A stretch of DNA of 64,000 bases from an uncultured Bacilli bacterium (GTDB lineage: Bacteria; Bacillota_I; Bacilli_A; RF39; UBA660): positions 29,525 through 93,524 of the forward strand of contig CANRAH010000002.1 in assembly GCA_947628565.1 (NCBI GenBank), written 5' to 3'. Within the stretch, counting starts at the first letter, position 1, and every line of letters starts with the position of its first letter. Under the pieces are notes generated by a model. It worked only from the letters and a program-made list of their open reading frames with translations, was not told where the DNA came from and made no database searches. Positions 55,985 to 64,000 of this stretch are shown here, in pieces. Both the position numbers and the translations under genes were made by a program.

Positions 55985-57946
55985 ATGAAAATCAAGGGAA
56001 AACGCGTAAAAAAATTATTGATTTTTTTAGGATTTTTTTTAAGTTTTACTACATTTATATACTTTGGAATATATTTTATAGCTTCCATTTCCAACAAACT
56101 TGATATAACTAGACCAAATGGATATTATTTATATGATACTAATAATGAACTTTTAAATGGTGCGAGTGGCGAATGGATTAATTTGGATAAAATATCTAAT
56201 TATCTAATAGATGCAACTATTTCTATTGAAGATAAAAATTTTTATAAACATCAAGGATTTGATTATTTAAGAATAGTTAAATCATTATATGTTAATTTTA
56301 TTAATAAAAAAACACTTCAAGGTGCTTCAACAATAACGCAACAATACGCTAAAAATTTGTTTTTAACGTTTGATAAAACATGGGAAAGAAAAATAAAAGA
56401 AGCTTGGCTTACAATTAAACTTGAAAGTCAATATAGTAAAGATGATATTTTAGAAGGATACTTAAATACTATAAATTATGGTGGCATTTATGGAATAGAA
56501 AATGCAAGCTATTATTATTTTAATAAAAGTTCTAGTGATCTTACATTAGCAGAAGCATCAATCCTTGCTGGTATTCCTAAATCACCATCCAATTATTCTC
56601 CTATTTTAAATTATGATAAAGCAAAACAAAGACAATATACAGTTTTAAAATCTATGGTTACTAATGGATATATAACTCAAAATCAAATGGATGAAGCCTA
56701 TAATACTAACCTTGAATTTTATGGATATATATATAATAATAAGCTTAATACTTTAAGATACTTCCAGGATGCTGTTATGGATGAGTTAGACACTTTAGAA
56801 CTCCCAAGTTCATTTTTAGAAACTGGTGGGCTTAATATATACACAACCTTAAATTTAGACGTACAAACTTTAGTTGAAAATGCAATTAATGATAACTTTA
56901 CTAACGATGAACTCCAAGTTGCAAGCATTGTAATGAATCCTAACGATGGAGAAATTTTAGCATTAGCTGGTGGTAGAGATTATAGTAAATCACAATTTAA
57001 TCGTGCATTATATGCAAAAAGACAAGTTGGATCTACTTTAAAACCTTTTCTATATTATGCAGCTTTAGAAAATGGCTTTACAGAATCTACTACTTTCACT
57101 AGTGAAGAAACTACATTTGTATTTTCTGATGATAAAACATACAGTCCAGCTAATTACAATAAAAAATATGGTAACAAAGATATTTCAATGGCTGCTGCTA
57201 TATCATACTCTGAAAATATATATGCAGTTAAGACACATTTATTTTTAGGGGAAGAAACTTTAGTTGAAATGCTAAAAAGAGTTGGAATTTCTTCAACACT
57301 TGAAGCTATTCCTTCTCTTGCTTTAGGGAGTGAAGAAATCACACTTATAGATATGGTAAAAGCATATAGTACTCTAGCTAATAATGGCTATAAAATAAAA
57401 CCACATTTTATAAAAAAAATTGAAGATTCAAAAGGAAATATTTTATACGAAAGTGAAGAATATAAAGAACAAGTATTAAACTCTTCTTTGACATATATTA
57501 TGAATGAAATTTTAACAAGTACATATAACTATAACTTTATAGATTATAATTATCCTACTTGTTATGATATTGCAAACAAGATTACAAAAAAATATGCAGT
57601 TAAAACTGGAACTACAGATACAGATCATTTAATTTTTGGATATAACTCTAATTTAGTTGTAGGTATTTGGAGTGGATATGATGATAATAAAGAAACTGCA
57701 ATTAAAGATGGTAAACAAATAAGATTTATGTGGGCTGATATAGTTGAAAATTATTTTAAAGATAAAGAAGAACAGTGGTATTCAATACCTAGTAATGTTG
57801 TTGGAGTCTTAGTTGATCCAATAAGTGGTAAAATTGCAGATCAAAGTACTAAAAATCCCACAATGTTTTATTATATAAAAGGTACTGAACCATCGTATAA
57901 AAACGAGTCATTAGAATCTTTAATTCCTACTATTAAATTAGAATAA
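55985..57946 (+). CDS. Class A penicillin-binding protein (glycosyltransferase plus transpeptidase)
   Basis: EDKNFYKHQGFD, GASTITQQ, STLKP and KTGT, with an N-terminal TM anchor. Confidence 0.9.
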   Translation: MKIKGKRVKKLLIFLGFFLSFTTFIYFGIYFIASISNKLDITRPNGYYLYDTNNELLNGASGEWINLDKISNYLIDATISIEDKNFYKHQGFDYLRIVKSLYVNFINKKTLQGASTITQQYAKNLFLTFDKTWERKIKEAWLTIKLESQYSKDDILEGYLNTINYGGIYGIENASYYYFNKSSSDLTLAEASILAGIPKSPSNYSPILNYDKAKQRQYTVLKSMVTNGYITQNQMDEAYNTNLEFYGYIYNNKLNTLRYFQDAVMDELDTLELPSSFLETGGLNIYTTLNLDVQTLVENAINDNFTNDELQVASIVMNPNDGEILALAGGRDYSKSQFNRALYAKRQVGSTLKPFLYYAALENGFTESTTFTSEETTFVFSDDKTYSPANYNKKYGNKDISMAAAISYSENIYAVKTHLFLGEETLVEMLKRVGISSTLEAIPSLALGSEEITLIDMVKAYSTLANNGYKIKPHFIKKIEDSKGNILYESEEYKEQVLNSSLTYIMNEILTSTYNYNFIDYNYPTCYDIANKITKKYAVKTGTTDTDHLIFGYNSNLVVGIWSGYDDNKETAIKDGKQIRFMWADIVENYFKDKEEQWYSIPSNVVGVLVDPISGKIADQSTKNPTMFYYIKGTEPSYKNESLESLIPTIKLE

Positions 57947-57955
57947 AGAAGCAAG

Positions 57956-58561
57956 TTAATTAATTTGCTTCTTTATTATTGTTGTAAAAATTATTAAATA
58001 TGCTAATGAAAATAAAAATCCACCTATCACATCTGTAAAATAATGTACTCCAAGATAAATTCTACTTAAACCTACAAATAAAATTACAAATGAAAGTAAT
58101 GTTATAAATATAATTTTACTTTTTTTATTTATACCTGAAATATAAATTAAATATATTATAAATCCATAAAAAGCAAAACAAGTAAGACTATGTCCTGATG
58201 GAAAACTATATCCGTTTTCATCTATTAAATTTATATCTATAGGTCTATTTCTTGCAAAAATATTTTTAAGTATTAATTGAAATATAGTTATAAGTAATAA
58301 ATCGATTGACATATATAAAGCATACTTCTTATTTTTTATAAATATTAAGGCAAATAATGTTATTGAAATTACTACAATACCACTTCCTAAATATGTAAGA
58401 ACTTTAATAAAATTAGTATTATTATCAGATATATATTTTGAAACATATTTATAAACTACACTATCAATATATATATCAGATTTAGTAAAAACTAATAAAG
58501 ATACTATTATAAATAATATTATTGATACTGCGCATATTATCCATTTCAAATATTTTTTCAT
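57956..58561 (-). CDS. PAP2 family phosphatase (BcrC/undecaprenyl-diphosphatase-like)
   Basis: KNIFARNRP, PSGHS and SRIYLGVHYFTD. Confidence 0.8.
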   Translation of the reverse strand: MKKYLKWIICAVSIILFIIVSLLVFTKSDIYIDSVVYKYVSKYISDNNTNFIKVLTYLGSGIVVISITLFALIFIKNKKYALYMSIDLLLITIFQLILKNIFARNRPIDINLIDENGYSFPSGHSLTCFAFYGFIIYLIYISGINKKSKIIFITLLSFVILFVGLSRIYLGVHYFTDVIGGFLFSLAYLIIFTTIIKKQIN

Positions 58562-58568
58562 ATTTCAC

Positions 58569-59264
58569 CTACTCAAATAAAAATATTTTATGTATACCTT
58601 TCTTTATACATCTTATATTTAGTAAAAAATAAACTATACTAGCTCCAAATACATTAAGTAAAACATCATCTATATCGCAACTACCTGAAATTGTTATAAA
58701 TTGTAAAAGTTCTATTACTATCACTATAAATATTAAAGTTATTAAAAATCTTATATATTTATTCATAGATTTAAAGATAAGTGGTAAAAAAAGTGAAAAA
58801 GGCATAAATAAGCATAAATTACCTATTATATTTATGCAAAAGCTTTTAAAACTTACTATTCCATTTATATATCCAGATATAAATAAATTTATTGTTCTAA
58901 ATGGAATTATATTAAAAGAATATCTCATATATAAATCTAAAAGTTGTTTATTCCAATTAACTATTACAAGTCCTTGACGTCCAAAAATTTCATCAAAAAG
59001 AGTAAGCGTACAAATTGTTACAACGTAAACTATAAAATATATTATTAAATTAATTTTAAGTATTCTTTTTGAACAATTAAAATATTTAATTAATAAATAA
59101 CCATTTATATATATAAATATACAAGCCAAAAATAGTAATATTAATCTATAATCCAAATGAATATATACGTTAGGTGTTAATCTAACTTTTATAAAAAAAG
59201 AGAAAATGAAAAAAGCTAGTAGATACAAAATTACAATAATAGCTTTATATAATTTTTTATTCAT
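58569..59264 (-). CDS. VanZ family membrane protein
   Basis: 231 aa and polytopic. The C-terminal region LLQF...S...DIDDVLLNVFGA is typical of VanZ. Confidence 0.6.
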   Translation of the reverse strand: MNKKLYKAIIVILYLLAFFIFSFFIKVRLTPNVYIHLDYRLILLFLACIFIYINGYLLIKYFNCSKRILKINLIIYFIVYVVTICTLTLFDEIFGRQGLVIVNWNKQLLDLYMRYSFNIIPFRTINLFISGYINGIVSFKSFCINIIGNLCLFMPFSLFLPLIFKSMNKYIRFLITLIFIVIVIELLQFITISGSCDIDDVLLNVFGASIVYFLLNIRCIKKGIHKIFLFE

Positions 59265-59305
59265 TAAATCACCTATTTAATTATATCATTAATTCATATA
59301 ATTTA

Positions 59306-59893
59306 CTATTTTAAATTTTCCATCATTAGCTCTTTTACATTTTCAAATAATTTTTGATTTGCTTCTTCTAAATTTTCAGTTACTTTAAAAGGAATTCCAA
59401 ATTTTATTTTTAAATTTTTACTTCTAAATTTGTAATCACCTGTAATTCCAAAAGGTACTATATACGCATCAGTTTTTAAAGCCATAGAAACAGCTCCATA
59501 TTTAAATGGTAGTAAAAATTGATCAGTTTTATTCCTTGTTCCTTCTGGAAATATTCCTATAGCTCCATTATCATTTAAAACATCAATAGCTAAAGAAACT
59601 GCTTTATCATCTTTAGTTTTTCTATTAACTGATATACATCCTGTATATTTAAAAAACCAAGCAGTTAATTTAGAATCAAAATACTCTTTTTTTGCCATAT
59701 AATGTATTCCTCTTTTAGTGGCTAGTATGCTTAAACACTGATCATAAAGATGTTTATGATTTCCTGCAATTATAATTGCACCATCTTTAGGAATATTTTC
59801 TCGACCTATTATTTTAGGATTATAATATAGTTTAAATATAGGTCCTAAAATAGCTCTACCAACATAATATAATGGAGGTAATTTTTTATTCAT
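59306..59893 (-). CDS. Lysophospholipid acyltransferase (PlsC/LPLAT family), copy 1
   Basis: HX4D motif NHKHLYD and FPEGTR. The ATG lies 8 nt after GGTGA and overlaps the ligase stop by 8 nt. Confidence 0.8.
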   Translation of the reverse strand: MNKKLPPLYYVGRAILGPIFKLYYNPKIIGRENIPKDGAIIIAGNHKHLYDQCLSILATKRGIHYMAKKEYFDSKLTAWFFKYTGCISVNRKTKDDKAVSLAIDVLNDNGAIGIFPEGTRNKTDQFLLPFKYGAVSMALKTDAYIVPFGITGDYKFRSKNLKIKFGIPFKVTENLEEANQKLFENVKELMMENLK

Positions 59894-61616
59894 CGTCATC
59901 TTCACCTATATCACTTTCGAGTTTTTTGAAATCTACTTTACCTAATTTAGTTTTTGGTAATTGTTTTCTAAACACTATTTCTTTTGGAATCATGTATTTA
60001 GCTAAATTTTTTCTTATATAATCTCTTATTTGAGCCTTTATGAACACTCCTTTATATCCATCTTTAAGAACAATGAAAGCTTTAGGAACTTCCTTTTTAT
60101 ATGGATGTGGGACTCCTATAACTGTACACTGTAAAACTGCCTCATGAGCCTCTATAACAGATTCTATATGAGATGGATAAACATTATAACCACTTGTAAT
60201 GATCATACGCTTTAATCTACCTTTTACAAATACAAAGCCATCTTCATCCATATATCCTAAATCACCTGTATGAAGCCAAATATGGCCATCATTATGAATT
60301 TGCAATGCTTCATTTGTTTCGGCATCATCATTCAAATATCCCATCATAAGTGCTTTAGAATTAATACATATTTCTCCAACTACATTAGCTGGATTTTCAT
60401 TTCTTGTCGAAGTATTAATTATTTTTATATAATTTCCTGGAAGAGGTATTCCAACTGACCCCGATTTATTTATATCATCAAAAGCTAGTGTTACAGCAGC
60501 AAGTGCTTCTGAAAGTCCATATCCTTGAACTATCTTAGCAGTACAATTATGATCCTTTAAATAATCATTTATCCTATCTTCCAAATTTTTATTTAGAACA
60601 TCTCCACCACTTACAACATATTTTAAAAATGATAAATCTAAGTTTTTTTCATTTTTATAACTTATTAACGCCTCAAATATAGTTGGAACTCCAAGTACAC
60701 AAGTAGGTCTAGTTTTTTTAAACAAAGTATCAAATTTTTTACCATTAAATTGTGGTATTAAAATTGTATAGCAACCTAGTGCAAGAGGAGTATGTATTGT
60801 AACACTAAGTCCAAAGCCATGAAAATTTGGCATTATTGCTAAACAACAATCACCTGGTTTCAATCTTTTTAAAACAATTTCCTCCTGCCTTGCACCAAGT
60901 ATAAATGCTCTATTTTGAAGGACAACATTTTTAGGTGTACCGCTTGTTCCACCACTATGTAATATAACACAAGGTGTGTCTTTACCATATTTTTTAAATG
61001 TTATATTACTTTTATACGTATGTTTATATAATTTGTTAAATTTCATGAAAAATTTATTTCTAGGATATTTTTCATACTTACCTATTTGCATTAATGTATA
61101 ACCTATTTTCATAAATATATTCATAGAATCTTTTGGACTTGTAAATATTACTTTTTTTACATTAGTAGATTTTATTGTATCCTTTATTTTAGAATAATGC
61201 ATATCAAGCATTATTAAATATTTACTATTAGTTTTAATTAAACTTTCCTTTATTTCTTCTATAGCAGATAAAGGATGCACCATGTTTGCAATAACTCCTA
61301 TTTTATTTAAAGCATAAAAAGAAATTAGTGCTTCCGGTATATTAGGTAAACATATAGTAACAATATCTCCTTTTTTCAAATTTAACTTTTTAAACGATAT
61401 AGCTACTTTATCTATTTGCTTTACAAACTTTTTATATTTAACTTTTTTATTAAAATATTGATATGCTATATTATCTGGATATTTATTTTTACTATTTAAG
61501 ACTTGATCGTATAAACTTATATTAGGTATTTTTATATTAATTTCATCCTTAGTATAATATTTACTCCATCTAGCCTTTAATTTTTTCTTTTTTCTAAAAA
61601 TATCAAAAATAGACAT
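59886..61616 (-). CDS. Long-chain acyl-CoA/acyl-ACP synthetase (AMP-binding family)
   Basis: HSGGTSGTPK, QGYGLSE and TGDLGYMDEDGF, plus a C-terminal lysine (PKTKLGKV). Confidence 0.85.
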   Translation of the reverse strand: MSIFDIFRKKKKLKARWSKYYTKDEINIKIPNISLYDQVLNSKNKYPDNIAYQYFNKKVKYKKFVKQIDKVAISFKKLNLKKGDIVTICLPNIPEALISFYALNKIGVIANMVHPLSAIEEIKESLIKTNSKYLIMLDMHYSKIKDTIKSTNVKKVIFTSPKDSMNIFMKIGYTLMQIGKYEKYPRNKFFMKFNKLYKHTYKSNITFKKYGKDTPCVILHSGGTSGTPKNVVLQNRAFILGARQEEIVLKRLKPGDCCLAIMPNFHGFGLSVTIHTPLALGCYTILIPQFNGKKFDTLFKKTRPTCVLGVPTIFEALISYKNEKNLDLSFLKYVVSGGDVLNKNLEDRINDYLKDHNCTAKIVQGYGLSEALAAVTLAFDDINKSGSVGIPLPGNYIKIINTSTRNENPANVVGEICINSKALMMGYLNDDAETNEALQIHNDGHIWLHTGDLGYMDEDGFVFVKGRLKRMIITSGYNVYPSHIESVIEAHEAVLQCTVIGVPHPYKKEVPKAFIVLKDGYKGVFIKAQIRDYIRKNLAKYMIPKEIVFRKQLPKTKLGKVDFKKLESDIGEDDDE

Positions 61617-62215
61617 TATTTATCACCCACCATTTTAATAATAATATTTCTTAACTTTTCATTTTCCTGCTCTAAATTTGAAGTTAAAATAGATATTGGT
61701 TTACCAAACACAATTTTTAAATTTTTACTTCTAAATTTATAATTTCCAGTAATTGCAAAAGGAACTATACTTGCATTAGTATCATATGCCATTTTTACTG
61801 CTCCTATTTTAAACGGTAATAACTTTTTATCCTTTGGTATTGTTCCTTCTGGAAATATACCAATAATTTTATCATTATCTAAATACGATTTTGCAATATT
61901 TAATGCTTCTTTATTTTTCTTGGATCTATCAACAGGTATTAATCCCATATTAGAAAATATTATTTTCTTAAAGCCCCTAAATAACTCAATCTTTGCAAGA
62001 AAATGTATGCATCTTTTAGTAGATGACATAAGCATTAGACAATCAAAATTATTTGTATGATTACCAGCTAAAATCACTTTCCCTTCTTTAGGAATGTTAC
62101 CATCACCTATTATTTTGGGATTATAAAAGAATTTAAATAATATTTTTATTATTGGTCTTACTATAATATATAGTTTTGATTCTTTTTTAGTATTTTTCAT
62201 ATAATCACTTACCAT
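61616..62215 (-). CDS. Lysophospholipid acyltransferase (PlsC/LPLAT family), copy 2
   Basis: NHTNNFD and FPEGTI. It shares the C-terminal block ITG.YKFRSKNLKI.FG with copy 1. A TAATG overlap joins it to the ligase start. Confidence 0.8.
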   Translation of the reverse strand: MVSDYMKNTKKESKLYIIVRPIIKILFKFFYNPKIIGDGNIPKEGKVILAGNHTNNFDCLMLMSSTKRCIHFLAKIELFRGFKKIIFSNMGLIPVDRSKKNKEALNIAKSYLDNDKIIGIFPEGTIPKDKKLLPFKIGAVKMAYDTNASIVPFAITGNYKFRSKNLKIVFGKPISILTSNLEQENEKLRNIIIKMVGDK

Positions 62216-62278
62216 ATCTTTTACATAATTATATCAAAATCAAATATTAATATCAATAAAATTCAATTATTAGTAATT

Positions 62279-62307
62279 AAAAAAATCTTAAACAATGGTT
62301 TAAGATT
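62279..62307 (-). terminator. Intrinsic terminator overlapping the 3' end of the DUF308 gene
   Basis: On the minus strand, AATCTTAAAC-catt-GTTTAAGATT is followed by TTTTTTT. Confidence 0.7.
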
Positions 62308-62914
62308 CTTCATCTACAACAGCGTCAACTACTTTTTTATTTTTTAATTTAGATATTTTTTTTTGCTTTTTTAAATTTTCATTATCGTCAAAATTTTTAT
62401 ATTTTACTTTATAATAAATGTAATCTACTATTTCAGATATTGAGTATATTATTATAAATACTCCAATTATAGTATCGAACACTCCTGAAATTAATAGCAC
62501 ACCTACCGTAATCATTATAATAGATGTAATTAAAAACATTTTAAATCCTGATTTATCTATAGATCTAATATTAATTGATAATATTATTCTATTTATTCCA
62601 GATAGTATAATCCAAAGCCCTACAATTATTCTGATTGCAAAACTTAAAGCATTTGAATATAAAACGAATAATACACCACAAAATATAACTAACAATCCTA
62701 CTAGAAGTTCAGATAATTTATAATCACCTAATTTACCTTTCATATAAATGTATACGATAGATTTTACTATTCCTGCTACTATTAATAAAATTCCTATTAC
62801 TTTTGATGATATAGTAATTAAATCTTCTTTACTTGTAAGCAAAATTATTCCAAATACTAAAAATAGTAAAGCATAAATAAGATTATTTAAAGTTATTTTA
62901 TTTTCTTTGTTCAT
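62300..62914 (-). CDS. HdeD-like (DUF308) membrane protein
   Basis: 204 aa with six hydrophobic helices in a repeated pattern and a Lys-rich tail. Confidence 0.5.
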   Translation of the reverse strand: MNKENKITLNNLIYALLFLVFGIILLTSKEDLITISSKVIGILLIVAGIVKSIVYIYMKGKLGDYKLSELLVGLLVIFCGVLFVLYSNALSFAIRIIVGLWIILSGINRIILSINIRSIDKSGFKMFLITSIIMITVGVLLISGVFDTIIGVFIIIYSISEIVDYIYYKVKYKNFDDNENLKKQKKISKLKNKKVVDAVVDEES

Positions 62915-62965
62915 AATACCTCCAAACTAATTATATAACATATTTTATAAAAGGTCAAAAATATT

Positions 62966-62998
62966 AAATAACAATGATTATTTAATCATTGTTTATTT
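62966..62998 (-). terminator. Putative AT-rich terminator at the 3' end of the 62986..63939 gene
   Basis: AAATAACAATGATTA / TAATCATTGTTTATTT long inverted repeat with one bulge. Confidence 0.45.
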
Positions 62999-63939
62999 AT
63001 TGGTTGACCAAATATATCCACTTGACCTTGATTTGGTACACTATTTGCCATAGGGATATTAGATACATTAGGTGTTGATTGTATATTATTAACTGTATTA
63101 TTAGATTGCATCAAATTTCCACTTGGTTGCATTAAATCATTAACTACAGGGTTTGGTTTATTAGCAACTTGTTGATTATTATTTATATTATTTACAATTT
63201 GACTATTGCTTGGCAAACCTTGATTTAAATTTAATATAGGTTGATCAAAACTTTGAACAACTGGATTAACTTGTTCTATTGGAGCACTATTTTGTGGACC
63301 TATCGCAACATCTTGAGAATTTTGAATAGGTTGAACTGGAATTGGTGCAACTTGAGAATCATTTGAAATAGGCATTACTGGTATAGATGATGGTATAGGA
63401 TTTTGTGTAATTGGCGCAACTGGTTCAATTGCTGGAGTTGGGCTTACAGGTTCTATGGTTTTTATTTGATTATTTAAATCCATATTACTATCATATAATT
63501 TATCAATCTGATTTAACATATTGGAACTATTATTTATAGCTTCACCATTAGAATTATCAACTTTTTTTGGTTTTTCCTTCATATTAAGTAAAAACGCCAT
63601 AACCCCAGTCAATATAGCTCCTAAAAAGATTAAATAATAACCCATTCCTAATGTTTTAAATAATCCATCACTAATAGTCTGAGCAGGCCCTGTTATTGCA
63701 AAAAATAGCACAGCACCACTAGTCATATAAGCGAATTCAGTCTTAATATTAAGTGCAAAAAATACTACACCTATTACTCCAAAAATTATCAATAATATTG
63801 GAAAATATATACTATTATCATAAAGATCCCAAAGTGATCTTGTATATCCAACAACGCTTATATAAGGTAAAAACACTGATACTATTATTAATGCGGATGA
63901 AATTGCCCCTAAAATTCTAAATATTAATTTTTTATTCAT
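62986..63939 (-). CDS. Membrane protein with a Pro/Gln/Asn-rich low-complexity C-terminal half
   Basis: 317 aa with four N-terminal TM helices, followed by about 190 aa of P/Q/N/V/I-rich sequence. Confidence 0.5.
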   Translation of the reverse strand: MNKKLIFRILGAISSALIIVSVFLPYISVVGYTRSLWDLYDNSIYFPILLIIFGVIGVVFFALNIKTEFAYMTSGAVLFFAITGPAQTISDGLFKTLGMGYYLIFLGAILTGVMAFLLNMKEKPKKVDNSNGEAINNSSNMLNQIDKLYDSNMDLNNQIKTIEPVSPTPAIEPVAPITQNPIPSSIPVMPISNDSQVAPIPVQPIQNSQDVAIGPQNSAPIEQVNPVVQSFDQPILNLNQGLPSNSQIVNNINNNQQVANKPNPVVNDLMQPSGNLMQSNNTVNNIQSTPNVSNIPMANSVPNQGQVDIFGQPINKQ

Positions 63940-64000
63940 CGTATCCCCTCTACTTTCTTACTATTCAATTATATCATTTATAAAAAAAAATACAATACTT

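Noticed and set aside
1-64000. A search for CRISPR arrays, IS elements or transposases, integrases, prophage blocks, rRNA and canonical tRNA genes. Also the possibility that Mollicutes genetic code 4 (UGA read as Trp) applies, given the extreme AT content.
   Set aside because: I saw no regularly spaced direct repeats, no transposase or integrase motifs and no cloverleaf-capable GC islands. Long ORFs with intact family motifs are delimited normally under code 11, and Trp is encoded by TGG, so code 4 is not needed.

Overview
This is a very AT-rich, Firmicutes-type chromosomal segment. It uses the standard bacterial code: UGA acts as a stop in all long ORFs. I support about 66 protein genes, and all but six are on the minus strand. 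Most are core housekeeping genes: uvrA, thrS with a T-box leader, argS, prfA-prmC, rpoE (RNAP delta), helD, gpsA, ezrA, trmB, recX, prsA, a class A PBP, htrA, two ABC-F ATPases, rdgB and maf. The combination of sspI, YjcZ-like tiny membrane peptides, ezrA, rpoE and helD suggests a spore-forming Bacilli- or Erysipelotrichia-like organism; this is inference only. I found no rRNA, canonical tRNA, CRISPR array, IS element or prophage.

The most interesting signals are non-coding.
1. Two tandem copies of a structured RNA I cannot assign to a known riboswitch class lie between helD and an ABC-2 exporter operon (14167-14402). Each copy has its own terminator overlapping a conserved ACGGAGUCAC segment, and a consensus promoter sits just upstream.
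2. An ABC-F gene is preceded by a promoter, an 18-codon uORF, a chain of mutually exclusive hairpins and a terminator (11340-11535). This looks like ribosome-mediated attenuation.
3. A 740-bp gene-free gap (8417-9204) holds three promoter-plus-long-hairpin-plus-U-run units.

Coding-level observations:
- Two paralogous ABC-2 operons bracket helD, and helD is translationally coupled to one of them.
- A split Aas-like acyltransferase / acyl-AMP ligase / acyltransferase operon sits next to VanZ and PAP2 genes.
- A NUDIX / nucleoside phosphorylase / CYTH / GNAT operon is tightly packed.
- A GGDEF protein has the degenerate motif DGNEF.
- An AMP-ligase gene at the left edge is frameshifted.
- Three small membrane-peptide genes are missing from the ORF track.

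All functional calls rest on motif recognition by eye. No database search was run.
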